Of a DNA stretch of 64,000 nt, positions 1 through 14,063 are shown one piece after another; the stretch's first letter is position 1, and the number at the start of each line of letters is the position of its first letter. The translations under genes were made by a program, and so were the position numbers. The notes under the pieces were generated by a model. The model ran no database searches, was not told the DNA's origin, and worked only from the letters and a program-made list of their open reading frames with translations. The DNA comes from Zygnema circumcarinatum SAG 698-1b (Eukaryota; Plantae; Zygnematophyceae). The stretch is from NCBI GenBank assembly GCA_037447605.1, contig CM074804.1, positions 4,813,909 through 4,877,908 on the forward strand. The letters run 5' to 3'.

Positions 1-17
1 GTGACGTACATTCCGAT

Positions 18-379
18 TAGGGATGACCCGCGTTATAAAGTCCGACTATATTATATACTTTACAACGGGTTTAAAAGTAGTAATATAGTACAAAGTAAAA
101 CACTTTATTACATATATTATACCCACTCGTTTTGAACAATTAACGACCGTACGACCGTACTCGTACGGTACCATACCAAAATTAGGTCGTTTTGGCGTTG
201 GCGTTGCGAAATGCGTCCGTCTGGTTCACTGTCTTCACCGCATAATACCGTACAGTCGTACGACCGTACGACCGTACATGTTGTAAAGGCGTTGTAAAGT
301 ATTATATAACAGCCGTTATTTAGTCGTCACAGTTATATAATATAATATAGATTACATAGTCGTAATTAAGCCATCCCTA
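18..379. mobile_element. Non-autonomous hAT (Ac/Ds-like) MITE, copy 1
   Basis: Termini TAGGGATG (18-25) and CATCCCTA (372-379) match the Ac/Ds-type TIR. Perfect 8-bp TSD ATTCCGAT at 10-17 and 380-387. The interior is a close reverse-complement match to 24728-25101 and has GTACG/CGTAC subterminal repeats. No ORF. Confidence 0.92.
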
Positions 380-1219
380 ATTCCGATACGTGGGTGGATA
401 ATATCGAAATTTTGAATATATAGTAACAATTAGGGCTTTTCAAATGTCATTATATCCGTAATGGAGTCACTACTGGCACAGGATCTGCAGTGGTGCAATT
501 CCATTCCCGGAAAAAAACGTTATCATTATAAACAATGTCACTATAACGCGAGTACACTGTATTTCAAAAAGGGTCTATTTACACACCTTTTTTGGCCAGA
601 TGCACGGCCTTTCCCGTCAGTCAGACCTTATTTTAGAGGTTTTAGGGTTTTAGTTTTTTTTTCTAAAGGTGTGCATCTAGCCAATAAAGGTGTGGAAATT
701 ACAAATTCAGCCATCCCTAACAGTGAGAGGCCCACTGCCGCGCTTGGTACTGCTGATGGAAGGAGGAAGTCCCGTGTTTGAGAGCCACCGTCAAATAACC
801 AAAAAAAAAAAAAAAAAACCACAAAAAATACGGCATGGCATGGTGTTCGATGGTCTGTATTTTTAGCCCTGGAAAGACCTTTGAAACGTGGCGAACGACG
901 ACACTTAAGAGCAGCTGGCGCTGACAAAAAAGGGTGACAGACTGAGTTCAGAATGTGCCCCGAGTATATGACATTTCGAGCATTAGGGTGGTCAAAACTA
1001 TTGTTCGTATTATGATCGTCGCTTATTTCCAGTTCTACAGTAGCCGCAACTTCTTCAACAAATCTAGCCTACAAGCATATGAAGAATCAGATGAACAATT
1101 CTTCAACTAATAAAAAAAAAAATGATTAACAATCTGCAACACAGTTGTCAAAGCGAAGGTCGATACACAAAAAGTCCAAACAGGCATTTCTCGGCTCCTG
1201 TACAGTTTTGAGTAAAGAT

Positions 1220-4200
1220 TTACACGGGCACAGACACACTGTCCAGGGCTTCTTTCCCCGTAATTTTTGTGTTCAGCTTTGCAAAGAAAGGCTCGTAGTC
1301 TGTTGGCGGCGGCGGATTTTCCAGATCAACAGTGAATGGCTGGCTGAAGGGCACCGTGCTTTTCACCTGCAATAGAAGGAGAGCCGCCCAGTTCGCTGTG
1401 AAAAACCTCAACACGAAAGCAAAAAGCACCTAAAAACCCATAAATCATCGCGATTACCAACAAGCGTCCTGGTCCCCGCAAAACCACACTCTCGCCTACA
1501 CCGGGGCATACACTCAGGCTTTTGAGCTGTTAGAAGGCGGAGGGCCAACCTCAAACGTCTTGTCTGCAGCCGCAGGCGAACGCAGAGCTGCTACACAGAT
1601 GCGTGCGATCTCTTCTCGTCCAATTTTTCCCTGTTCACATCAGAGACAGCAGCAATGCGAGGTGTTCACATGACGACCCCGTATTCAACACACATTTTCT
1701 GGCACCTTCCCTGCGACAGAGAAAGAAGTTGCCTGCCTAGAAACGTAGGAAACAAACTGTAGGGACGACAGCTTTAACTATAGCGTGCCTTCGTCCTGGC
1801 CCACTGTCATCTTGATGTGAGCTGTAGAACTGGCCGCGTCCATATTGCAGCCCAAATACGCCCAGTACTGATATGCAGCAGCACGGGGTTCTAGCAGGTG
1901 CACCATATCCAGCGACCAGAAAGAGGAATATATCAATTTCAAGTAAATCACATCTCTACTTATCGGAGCTGGATTCATTCTGGATCGCATCATTTACAAG
2001 CCAAAATCTCTTCAAATCCTCATCTGGTTCGCTGATTTCGAAAGGGCAGCAAAGACCTTCGGAAAAATTTCAAAGAGTTCGCTCACCTATGAACAGGCCT
2101 ATCCTATTGCAAGAGTTGTACCCCATTCCTTCAAAAAAAAGACTTCCCCTACAAGTGCCCTTGAGTGTGTATTCATATTGGACTGACGGAATCAGACATC
2201 ATAGATATCCCCAGAGTGTGTAAGCCTCCAAGGCCGTACAAGCGCAGTTCGGAATCGTGATAGAATCAGCGGGAAACAGCCCTCCCTCTGAAAATCTTAG
2301 CTTAACAGAAAAAGACTGAAAAGACTATTCAGACTTTGTTCGTGAACCTTTCGAGTCACGCAATACTTCAGCAATGCCTCATTCAGCAAGCAACTGCCGC
2401 GATTTCCCTCCCTAAAGCTGCGAGCTGCAGGGGTTGAAATCGCTTACAGTGATGTTGTCTCCTTGGTCAAACAGAAGTTCTGCACCTGCTGGCTCCTCTG
2501 TGAGAGCGCACGGCCGGATGATTGTGAACGGCACTCCACTCTCCCTTATCACGTCTTCACCCTGCACAGGGAGCACATGCATCTCCATTCAGCAGCTTGA
2601 TTTTTGAGAATCGTCAGATCGAGTTGACATCCAGACACGGTCATGGTATCTAGCCGGCCTCCACAGCATATTGCTGACTGCAGTAGGACGAGCACCATTG
2701 TCTGAAACTAATGGCTATCTTGAACACTCAGCAAATCCTCTACACGTGTGCTCAGTTTCTTGGTAGTATTCCAACTTGACATTGGAGACAGTTCAAGAGC
2801 GCCCATTGTGCGCAAACAAATCCTGCACGGAAGCGCCTCTGCTTCCCATCCTATCCATCTGGTGATTTTTCCAACTGTCGTTGCAACAGCAAACAGCACG
2901 CTGACGACCCACCTTCAGTTTGAAAGTCAAGATGCCTCCCAGCTCTTTATTCATGCGTACAGCGGGAGGCTGCTTGCTCAAATCGAGCCCAGGTCGGTCT
3001 GGCCGAGTGACTCCTGCAGAGCCGACATGGACGAGCCTGGTGACACCATGGATATCAGCAAGAGGTACAGTGAGTATAACAGACAATACCAAGACACAGC
3101 AATCCTCTCAAAAAACGCAGTTTGTTCATTGGAGCGTGTGAACACAGAATCGATCAAGAGTACCACCTGGGTGTAATCGGCTCCGCCAGATATGCCTTGA
3201 TGGATGCCAATGGCAGCTCAAATGAGCCAGGCTCGAATGAAGGATTCAGCTTCCCGTCATATTCGAACTTGCTGTACATTAGCTGTCGTTCACCCCACCG
3301 GGACAATGCTTCAGAATTATAGTTCCCGACAAAGAATCCAAGCATTAAAGCTCACAGTTTTATTTGCTCATGTTGCAAATTTGCAGCGCTAAAATTCTCA
3401 CAATTATATACGAAGGAAACGTGCAAACAATCGCTGAGCTCACTACGTTTTAGAAACGTATGAAAAGCTGCTTAACTGTCCGGTTTAAATTGAAACAAAC
3501 CCACACCTGCAGTGATATAATACTCGACTTGTCTAGAGGAGGAGCATCTGGAACGGTACGAGCGCGGAAAACTGGAACAAAGCTGGAGAAGGGCAGACGG
3601 ACCTGCAAAATCAAGCATTGAGTCACTCTCCGTTAACCACCTGTTCTTTTTGTAGCACACCACAGTACCGCAGGATTCCTGCAGGGCATCCTACACTGTG
3701 CACAATTGTACCGGGAAGAAACTCAGGCAATCACAAGGTGAATAGGCCTCAAAGGAAACTTGATCAATCAAATTCAGATGTAGTGCTCCTTCCTTCTAGT
3801 CTCCACTCAGTAGCCGACCACTCCTGATGACTGACTGCGAATACATGAAGGACAGCTTACTGTTTCCCACTCTCCTGGCCGAGTGTCAAAGCTGGCGGTG
3901 TAGCCGAGGGCGTCCCAATCTGTGGTTGTGCGGACAATGAACTTATAGCGACGTCCGTTTCCCTTGAGTCGCAGCTCGAAGCCCTCGTAGGCAGTCAAGT
4001 CTTCCACGGGCATGAAATTCTGCATGGTATCCACTTTCATTCTTGTGAAAACTAGGCGCTTAATTCTTGATTCTTCGACTTCGAAGTACTTAAGCAGGAT
4101 AAGCCTATTTGACGTAAACAGCTAAAATAAGAGAAAATGGGATGTCAAAAACACGCGCATTGAACTGCTTATGCGTTCATTAAACTGTCTACAAATCTTT

Positions 4201-7200
4201 AAGACCGGAGGCCAAGCCTGTCCTTGACAAGAAAGTGAATTGCCTCGCTCCTCAAATAACCATCCCCATCTTCAAAGCATCCACACGGACAGATTAACTC
4301 TCTGAAGCAATCCTCACCTTGCTGCGGACACTGGCAAAGCCACCGTTATTGCTGGTTGACACCACACCTGCAACCAAAATCAAAACCCTTTGAAGCCCTC
4401 GTCAGAGAAACCCCAAATTGCTTTAATAAGCACCCTACCGAGGAATGGTGCCAACATGCTTCGAAAGTGGAAGTCAAACTAGCCAAAAGCGCACGACAAG
4501 AATCCCGCTTCAGACAAACAAAATTTGCCAGAGACGTTCAATACGATGCACAGACGTACCTTTGAAAAGGCCTACAGGTCTGCCGTCCTCTCCGCCTGAG
4601 GGGTCAATCTGCAGCCCACTCTGACTGACGCCTCCCATGACTACATCGTCCAAGGCGCCCCAAGCAGGGCCCACAGGCAGGCCACTGTCTGCACCAGTCC
4701 CCACAAAATTATCATTACAGTAACTGATCCAAGCGTTCCAATAGGTGTACTTTCTGTCCCATCAGTCGCTTCACTGGTCATCCGCTAGAAGCCTAGACTG
4801 TGGTCAGAGCTAAGAAAGGTCAGCGATAACAGTCAACACAGAGGTCCAAAATCTTGGCACTTTACGTGGCGTTCGCTAACAAACAATATAAGTACCATTA
4901 CTAAGAAACAGATACCTTATTTAAACAGGATGATCTGAACAAGAAAGTCATACCTCTATTCCTTTCAAACAGAGGTAAAGGCTGTCCTTCTCTAAAGGTT
5001 TAGTTATTGAGACTGAGAAGTTCCCTAAGCAAAGTTTTCCAGTCGTTACGCATCAATTTTTTGACAATAGCGCTTCTAAGAATGGAAGTTTCTATACATC
5101 TTCGTAAACCATTGCTATGGCCCTGCGAAATGCTCCCAGCATATTACAATTTTTTTCTCGCTTTGTATTGTCTCCTTTTCCTGCCCCAGTATAAAAGGTG
5201 TTATCCAGAAGCCACTCATGGCCATTTAGGATAGTCTTGCTTCAGGGAGAAGCTTTCCACTGCCATTATGCTTTTCATGTATTCATTTCAGTGCTTAACG
5301 CTCAGTCTAGTGCATTGCATAAATTGATTACCTGCGACAGAAAAGAGTGCTCGGCCCTCCCGTACACCCAGATGAGGCTTCAAGGCGCTGAGCAGGTTCT
5401 GCATTCCTTTGAACTCCACTGCTTCAGGACTATCTCCTTTCACCTGAACCAACAAACTCAACCATTCCGGACCAATTGAGGCATGGCTAGCAAAGGCTGT
5501 TACCCCACAATGCCCTTTTCCCTTCCACACCTCGTCGCATGTCAGGACAAGATACGTGTAGACAAATGTAGCCCACACTAGTTACTCTGGGACTTCTGAT
5601 GATCGAGAAAAAAAGGACACTATTCCTCGCCTCATACAGTGACACTCCCAGAGGTTTATCATTGACATGCAGGTGTTTTCGCCGCCGCCTGCCAAGCAGG
5701 GACTCAGCAACATCTACAACATCATCCTGTCAACATCTTTGCATCATTGCCCGAAGGCATACGGCTGCTCATGAACTTATGGTTGCTATAGCTCATTCTC
5801 TTCTTTGGACAGAAATTAACGACCAAACGGGAGCGCTTGGGCGCCGTTGAAAACTGGCGACGCCTGCTACCAACGTTTGTCGCTTGCCTTCAGCCGTCCC
5901 CTGGCGGGAGACGAAGAGGTTCCTTCCCTTCTCTCATTATACTTCCTAATTCAATTTGTGGTTAAAATGTCTGAGGATAGTCGGAGTCAAAATGCTGAAT
6001 ATGTACCTCTGGATCAAAAAACTTGATGCCCTGAAGAGTCACCCAGCACCATGCTCGAATCAGAAATTAGGAAAAAGACAATAAGACATAGAAGTTGTAG
6101 CAATGATTCCTCAGAAAAGCATTCATGCAAAAGTCACACATTGGCAAGGCTAAACCCTATCCCCTGAAAGCCCAACATCTCCCTTCAAGCCCCTCGAAGC
6201 ACCTGCTAAGGGAGTCTTGATTCCAAAAGCTAAGCTTGATATTGCCTTGCTGTCCTCTAATGAAAAAAAGTGCTGCTTTAGAAATAAGAGGAAAATTAAA
6301 AATCTCCATAATTTCCAAGCATTGCTTGTGGAAAGAAATGGCACCTGATAGTATTTCTGGCGGTCATCTGTATCCCCTTCCTTTGGACCCACAAGCACCG
6401 AAGCACAGTTTATTACCCTCGTCACACCCGTGAAGTACTCAGACAGAAGAGTTTGCTTCTGAGACAGGTCCGCAGTCACCTGCCAAATTCACGACATAAG
6501 ACGTTAATCCAGCTATTCATCAAGCCAAGTATGGTTGGCTCATAGACACTGCTGCCACAAGGTTGAACAAAAAACGTTTTTGCACAGAAAAACGAGATTT
6601 CAATCATTGGGATCCTCAAAAGCACATGCATTGTGGTACATCCGTGAATGATACTAGCCTTGCCTCTCAAAAAGTATGAAAGGACGAAGCAGACAAGGCC
6701 GGCTAGCGCTGCTTCATGCTCAATGATGAATAACACACCAAGTCCTTAAACAAATGCGGCTTCCCGAAAGGGGAATCGAACAGCTTTTCATGACCAACAC
6801 ACTTGTGAACCAGATTGCAAATCCTGGGGTGCACTATTATTTGATAACAACAATCAACAGTAACGCATTTTTAACAGGATGCGCTTAAGGAGAAAAACCC
6901 ATGCTAATTCAAGTTGTTTGAGAAAAGGTCAACAGCGGACTTACGAGCTCTACATCAGGTCCAAGTAAACGACGAGCTTTCTCCACATTCCGCACCTGCA
7001 CATACACCAGAGAGGCAAAAATCAGAGAAGCGGATATAACTTTATAATAATAGTACAGTGCCTGCCTCCACTGAGCGGTTTGCTTCAGTCCTAGTATTCC
7101 TACCCATTCTCTAGTTATAGGTTGTCAGATTGGCTAATAAACTTGCTTTCGTATGATGTTGCTCACTTATTGCTGAGTTCTATTGCAAGTTTCTGCTGTC

Positions 7201-8913
7201 TGTTCTGTTCTGTGAAGGTGGCACAATACACTCCAGCATGCACGGGCACTTCAGCAGTCACTCAGCTTTATCCACACACGTGAAGCCCCCAGTGCAAGTA
7301 CTAACCATCCTTCCTTTTCCATTCGCCTCTCACTATCACTCCGCGCCAAAACCCAACTAGCGGGTGGACTCACCATGGCTCTAACAGCAATACCATTTTG
7401 TCGGAGAACATCCACCACCCGCTTGCCAACCCCGCCAGTAGCCCCGACCACCAGCACAAGCTCTTTGGACCCTTTCTCTATTTGTTTTATCTCTTGCGAG
7501 TCCCCTGTAAGTCGGTCCATGAATGTGAGAAAAACCTGCACAGTAATGCCCTATTAAAACTTTAAGGGATTGAAAAGTCAGATCCATGTCTCTTGTCTTG
7601 GAAGGGCAAACAGCACAGAGCGCAAACAGCGAGCAGTAATGACACCAGATGAATTTGAAGATTGATCAATTACCTACAAAACAGAATCTGCTTAGACATC
7701 GCGTGTGAAAGACTTGAGGGAGTCGCTGTGCATTAAGCATTTCCTTTTGTGAATTAAGCATTTCTTTTGTGTAACTTTCATGGCATAATATCAATATAAA
7801 ACCAAAGAAACTAAGGAAAAATAGAACGCTTGTCCTTCCCATTGAAGTCACCAGTCTTGACGACTGCCACAAACCTTTTCTACAGAAGGAGGCTCATTGA
7901 AATAAAAGAATGTTTGCAAAAACCGGCCGAAGTCCCAAGGTTGCCTTCCTTCTCCACCCGCAGCACGTACAATCGGGAGCGACGACAAACCAAATTGCTT
8001 CCGACGAGGCGAACCCTTTGATCCTCCCTTCGTACTGTTCACTGAAGAACTTGACGGGGCAAAAACACGTAAAGCGCCCCTTTCAGATTTTGGCGCGCCA
8101 GTAAAAAATGTTCCAGAGGCCGCACCTGCCTGCCACCACGGCGAGCTGATGGAGTTGGTCGTTTACCATATACATCACCCCACTAGTCCATTATAGGATG
8201 TTTGAAAAATCAAACTGATTCCGTATTCACTGATTTTTCATTTATTTCTACTGATTCACTGAAAATAAAACCAGCTACTCTAAATAACATGCACTCCTCT
8301 TCGCAACAGAAAAAGTGGCCTAAAGTCTGTTTGTAAATAAGTGTAGCATCCTGTTTCTGGAAACAAAAGTTTCGGCAAAGGCGTTCTGCTCCAGTGTGAA
8401 GAAAAAAAGCTGGCATTTTCCAAAATTCAGATCAATCATCTTTAAGGCTTGCAAGAAAGATATGTTTATGGAGCCATTCCACAACCCGCGCATCACTACC
8501 TTTATTTAAAGAACAACTCTGCAAAGTAAAGCTTCTCAAGTTTGAAGATCCCGTAGTTATATTTGACATTCGACAATTTCAACATGCATGTGAGCTGCAA
8601 CTGTGCTGCGTGTAAGCATAAAAATATTGACAGATTTCGCCAAAAGCATCCGGTTTCTCTCACCCGCGTGTACGACGGCTTTAAACTGGCTCAACAAAGT
8701 GAATCATGAATCTTCAAATGCCAAAGAAAACGCTCCTATACACAACAACACTGCAAGAGGTATGTCGATCACTTCGCATGCCCTGCACACGCCCGCCCCC
8801 TACCTATGCCAACAAAGATAAAAAGAAGCATGATCCATCGGAAGCACCTTCACAGGAATAGCAGCGGCGGCGGTGACAGGCGTTTTGCAGAAGCATCCTC
8901 CGACGGCAGCCAT
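1220..8913 (-). CDS. Plastid-type NAD(P)-binding Rossmann + CIA30-domain protein (At4g18810/UOS1-like, HCF173 family), about 17 exons
   Basis: Spliced exons read in order: PWDFGRFLQTFFYFNEPPS, LVLVVGATGGVGKRVV, VRNVEKARRLLGPDVEL, GPKEGDTDDRQKYYQ, GIKFFDPE (6007-6030), VKGDSPEAVEFKG, WGALDDVVMGGVS, STSNNGGFASVRSK, FELRLKGNGRRYKFIVRT, LMYSKFEYDGKLNP, HVGSAGVTRPDRPGLDLSKQPPAVRMNKEL, RESGVPFTIIRPCALTEEPAG, VKSTVPFSQPF, then stop at 1220. All junctions are GT-AG. The start at 8913 (MAAVGGCFCK, transit-peptide-like) is inferred and less certain. Confidence 0.9.
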
Positions 8914-9192
8914 GGCTCCTCTCTTGTTCAAGATGGCAAGCAGCCGAATGTCGGGCGGGGGAGAGGCCTTCCAGAAGCCCCCCTCCGGCCTCCCTCCCAA
9001 TTGGTCCACGTCGGATGGGGCTGCCACGTGGCACTTCCCGGACTCCACTCAGAAAGCGGTCCGACTCAACTGAAAGGTATATCATCGTACACTTTCCGTC
9101 ATTTACTAGACGGAAAGTGTACGGTCAAAGCCGACTGCGGTCGTACGAAATGAGAGAAAAAGAGGAGCCAAGGGTTTTCATACTTGCAGTGG

Positions 9193-9538
9193 AACCCTAA
9201 AGTGAGGGCCGAGGGAGGGATAGAGGGGGAGAGGTAGAGGGAGAAGGAGGGGGAGGGCAGCCATGGCGAAGAGGGGTCGTGATGAAGATGGAGAGGAGGA
9301 GGAGAGAGAGGAGAAGAAGCCTGCGAGGATTATGCCATCCATGATAAAGAACAAGGAGAAGAGGTCAGCTGTTACGGCTAAGCTGCGAGTGGAGAAGAAG
9401 AAGGAGAAGAAAAAGAGGATAAAGGAGAGGCGGCGGAAGGAAGAGCAGGCAGTTGAGTTAGGAGAAGCGGTGAGTGGATTTTATTACTGTTCGGACGTCA
9501 TGCGGGATAGTGAGGGAGGCAAAGGACTGTTAGGGTTT
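9193..9538. promoter_or_regulatory. Telo-box motifs upstream of and in intron 1 of RPF1
   Basis: AACCCTAA at 9193-9200 and TTAGGGTTT at 9530-9538. Telo-boxes are typical of plant ribosome-biogenesis gene promoters and 5' regions. Confidence 0.55.
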
Positions 9539-12500
9539 CGCGGGTTTGGGCTGGTTGGAGCTTAAGCGGGGCATTGCATCTCCTATGCGGAAATTTCGCA
9601 TTTTGGTTTCGCCCTACATGCGCCATGTTTCTTTTGCATATAGAGGTGAAACGAGCCCGTTCCAACTGTTTCTCTCCCAAGTTGTTTGATTGCAGCCACC
9701 ACCTCGCAAGACACCTCGAACAATTGAAAATACGAGGGAAGCGGATGAGACAGTTGTACAGGCGGATGATGAAGAGGTTTGTCCGCCATAACGTCCCTGA
9801 ATGAAAGCGAATTCTGACTCTGGATAACCTTTCATGGACCAGGCCAAATGTCCTATGATGTAGATATATTTTATTTCATGTAGACTTGGGTAACTGTCGG
9901 CCCATCATTTTCTAAGACATGTCCATGCTGTGGAGGCCTTTTTAAATTCAGCTGCAAGCAGATGATGCACAAGACGAGTTCAGCTCACATTTTGCCGGGG
10001 AAATTCCTCCGCAAGTTCTCATCACTACTTGTCACAACCCATCTAAGGTGAGTTCCGCTATCGTATTGGTTGACAATACGACATGAACACTCCTTAGGAA
10101 GGAGTTCGGTGTGTGAAGGCGACGATAAGCTCTGGTTGATCTTAAATTGTACAATAAGGCGTGAACTCCCTCCAAAAGCTGCAAATTGAGCACGAAAGGT
10201 AGTAGGCTTCGTCGTAGAACTGCAGTGTGATGCTGAGGCATGCAGGTGTTGGCGTTTTTCGGCAGTTGATGCACCGCTTCATCGGCGAATTGCTAACTGT
10301 CATTCCAGGTGCGACTTTCTACGAGCGTGGAGATTACCATGTGAAGCAGGTACATGCTTTCGACTTCCTTAACACATCTGCGTCACCTTGAATGCAATTG
10401 ATTTTGCTTTACCGTGACGAATCGCCTTAATATGAAGATCTATGAAGGTACTTATATGAAGGTCATAACACTATGACGGTGGTCGTATGTTGTCTGTCGC
10501 TCTCAATCTTGACTTAGACGTCTACAGTTACTGTGAGGCGTTTCAGCTACAGGTAATGAAGGGAGCTGTTCAGAAGTGGCCTTTGCAAGAACTGAAATCT
10601 GCTTACAAATTTGCTGGGGTAGACCAGAACCTGTTAATGTCTCAGTTGACAATTGATTATACTAGTCGTAGCAGATAACAGTCGTGCACTTTTCCATTTA
10701 TGACACATCGACGCCATATACCTGAAGTTTTGAGAAGGTTTATCAGAAAGTTTGAGCTACAGGGGGCAATGTTTTAACCACTTTTTGTAGGATGAGTCGT
10801 AGCCTGAGATTCCGAATTTTTTGGTCCATGAAAGAATGAAACCTTTTTTCCTTATTTCGATTTCCCTAGAGGGACTTTGCAAAAAATATTGACAAATTCG
10901 CAAGACATGAACAAGTCATACTGTACGAGCTTGTGCTCTTGCAGTACCAAACACCTGGCTGGTTGGGCAATTTCAACAGGATGGCCTTAGACAGTACTAA
11001 AAAAGTGAATACAATGCATAAATGTTTGGCCGTTAAATTTGACTGTTGAATGCAAGAAGTCCCCGTTGGTTCTCCTTGCACTGGATATCCTCTTGCATCT
11101 TATGACTTTCAGACACTAGAGTGTAATGTTGAGGATTTGGCCATTTTTTGCAGATTGTGAAGTATGCGACCAATCGCGATTTCACTGGGATGATTGTTAT
11201 CAATGAAAATCGCAAACGGCCAAGTAAATCCTTAAGCCCCTTGTCTTACGCGAATTCGCTCTAATTTGCGCGATCATGGCTTTTGAAAATTTGACAATGA
11301 TGCGGGTTGTTTATATGTTTTTGCACTCTCTAATCTCTCTTATGTGCATGGTGAAATCGCCTCTGCCATCAATTGGTGGCGCCAAGGGGGGTAGACAAAA
11401 AATTGGCTTTTACGCTTATATTGATGCGTAACGTGTTGCTTTACCGCAGATGGGCTGCTTCTTATTAACCTGCCTGATGGACCAACCGCACACTTTAAAC
11501 TCAGCAATCTGGTCCTCAATAAAAAAATTAAGGTGGCTAGCAATCAGCTTTTCCTTGCATGGCTATTTGGGTTAGTTAGTTGAAATCACCGTGAGGAGTG
11601 GGAGGGAGTTCTTTGATATTTACTTGAACTGGTGGAGAAATGCGACGGGTCTCTATTTTGACTTAGTTTTGCATGTCATGCCTCTGTCATTTCAGAATCT
11701 TTACATGTTTTCAGCCCTTCTGTCTTCTTTATCCGTCCTTTTCACTTTCCCTCTTTCTCTTCTGTCTCGCACTTTACTGTTTTACACTCTTTTCCCTCAT
11801 TATCTTTTCGCCTGTGCATATCAGATGTTTTTTCTCATTCGCTCCTTGTCTTGGAAGAGGGTAGATTTTCTCATCGTCCAATTTCCTGAATTTTTTCATA
11901 TACTTCTGACATTGCTGTTCGGGCTGGCTGTGCAGGGCCATGGAAAGCCTAGCAGACACCAGCCTGAGCTTATACTCAATAACTTTTCCACAAGGCTTGG
12001 CCATCGAGTGGGCAGGTAGGCGTTTTCATGCCTCTCTTTAACAGAGGGAGCCTGGCCCTATAATCGGCATGGGGGAAAGGCTGGGTGCAATGTGTATTCT
12101 GCGTCGTATGCAATACGTAAAATCGAGCTAGTAGTCAAACTCTAAAGATGTGAGGCAATGGGGCAAGCTTCTGTTTTAGGATGTCTCTTAAGAATGCAGA
12201 AGAGGGATGTGGCATGCGGAGCAGGTTTCTAGCTGCACTTTTTCCACAAAATCCGCAGTTCCGAGGCCGCAGAGTGGTCACCTTTCACAATCAAAGAGAC
12301 TTCATTTTTTTCCGGCACCATCGGTAAGCCGTCTTCTCGTTTGGCCACTCCAAAGCATGGGCTCGAAGAACTTTGAGGCTGCATTTAGAAGTCCAGGCTT
12401 CTTCATGCTTTCTCATAAAGTCTCACTAATAGTTGAAGGTGGCCTTCACCTGTTATGCATAAGTTTGGCTAGGCCATCCACTGTGACCCCTTTCTTGTCT

Positions 12501-13327
12501 TGGTCGTCATGGAGGACCCTTTTTCACAAGAGGCAAACCGAATTCAGTTCACTCCTGCTTTTTGGTGCAGGTACATTTTTGAGGCGAGAGATGCAAAGGA
12601 TGCAAAGCCAAAAGCAAAGAGCAACGAGAGTAAGGAAAGGAAACAGCCTAAGGAGCCGCCTAAGGAAGTTATTGCTCGGCTACAGGTGAGTCAATGTGAC
12701 ACAACTGATGCCTTTCCTGGCAAGCTTTCACCATGCACAAATTTCACCCTTTTCATTTAGCAGGTCACACCCGGGAGGATTTTGAGGGAAGGGGAAAGTG
12801 GGAAGATAGCCAAAAACCTGTGCGCTTGCTCTTCCTTGAATTCAATCGATAAGCAACTCCTTCAGCTTACCTCTAGGCAAAAAGTACTGGGGGTTTGCTT
12901 GCCTAGTTTTTGCCCTGCACGAGGATTTGCCAAACCAAAATGCGATCTTTGGACACTGGTTCGCGCAGGAATGCGGACCACGCTTCACGTTGAAATTGTT
13001 GAGCTTGCAACACGGTACATTCGATTCAAAAGGAGGAGAGTATGAGTGGGTACACAAGGTGAGGTCACTTTGGGGAAATGCGATCTGTCTGCCGAAGGAT
13101 GCAGATTTGGAAAATGGTTCTCATGAGAAAAAACACAAGAATCCCCCATTCTCTCCCTCGCACACACACGCACAGGCCATGCAGTGTACCACTAAGCATG
13201 TGTACATTTGCTCGAAGGTGTGGATGTACGGAAGTGTGCCGTTTCTCATCGTGACTGCTTGTTGGCGGGCCTGCTTGTGGTTCTGCAGCGTGATATGGAC
13301 ACAAGCCGGAGGCGGTTCTTCTTGTGA
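9263..13327 (+). CDS. RPF1: Ribosome production factor 1 (Brix domain), 11 exons
   Basis: Exons give [117 protein letters not shown] and a last exon [12 protein letters not shown]-stop (13289-13327). GT-AG junctions are in frame. Confidence 0.95.
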
Positions 13328-13853
13328 TCAGGGACAGCCTCCGCATGTTACAGTGACTGAACTTGGGAGAGGCAGTGAGGCCATCCGTGTTGTCATCGTC
13401 AGCACATCATCACTGGCCTCCTTCATTTTTGAAGTAAACGTGGGACCTTGTTCGTTTTGCTAGATACGAACATCACTTGTTTTCTAGACAAGTGCGCCGA
13501 ACGAATGGGCAATTGCGTCCGGTTGTAATCGGGGTTCGTTTTGAATCACACGACACACGGACTTGTTTTTAGGCTGTATGCATTTTTAAGGAAATTTGAC
13601 GAGAGCAGTCTTGATTTTTTCTCGAGTTGTTTCCACCCTACATCTTTCAAACGCCTTAACGGGTTAGTGAGATGGTTGTCGACTGTTTGGCTTGAGCTCC
13701 AAGAGGATGTGTCATCTGGGCAGTTTGTAGTCCACGCCGCTGACTCGGAATTTGTATCCTGCAGCCGAAAAGGAAACGGTTGCCTCCACTAATAAAGTTC
13801 AAACAATGTACATAAGACTACAAGGCTTTCACAGCAGCTTCACACTTTTTCTG

Positions 13854-14063
13854 AACCCTAACCGCCCGTTTGCTCTCCGCCCCACAATCCTCGTTCATCT
13901 TGTGAAAACACAACCCCGGAAAAAAACCCTAAATCCTAAAAGACCTGAGAACAGGCCTGGTCGTACATAACGGTAACGACTTCCATAGAGCCGGCGAAGA
14001 CCCAGCTTCAAGAAATCCGCAGATTGTTTCGTCGGTAGGGAGTGTCGCTCGATAAAACCCTAA
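13854..14063. promoter_or_regulatory. Cluster of telo-box-like motifs downstream of the CWC21 stop
   Basis: AACCCTAA at 13854-13861, AAACCCTAA at 13924-13932 followed by AAATCCTAAA, and AAACCCTAA at 14055-14063. Confidence 0.4.

Noticed and set aside
431-993. Additional hAT-like ends (TAGGGC at 431, CATCCCTA at 712-719, TAGGGTGG at 984)
   Set aside because: No matching partner end with an 8-bp TSD inside the window. Probably a degenerate host element starting before position 1, but it cannot be delimited.
6745-6800. tRNA T-loop-like GTTCGATTCCCC on the minus strand
   Set aside because: The T-stem does not pair and no acceptor, D or anticodon arms fold. It lies in an intron.
13854-14063. Interstitial telomere
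   Set aside because: Only isolated single AAACCCT units, not a tandem array. Better explained as telo-boxes.
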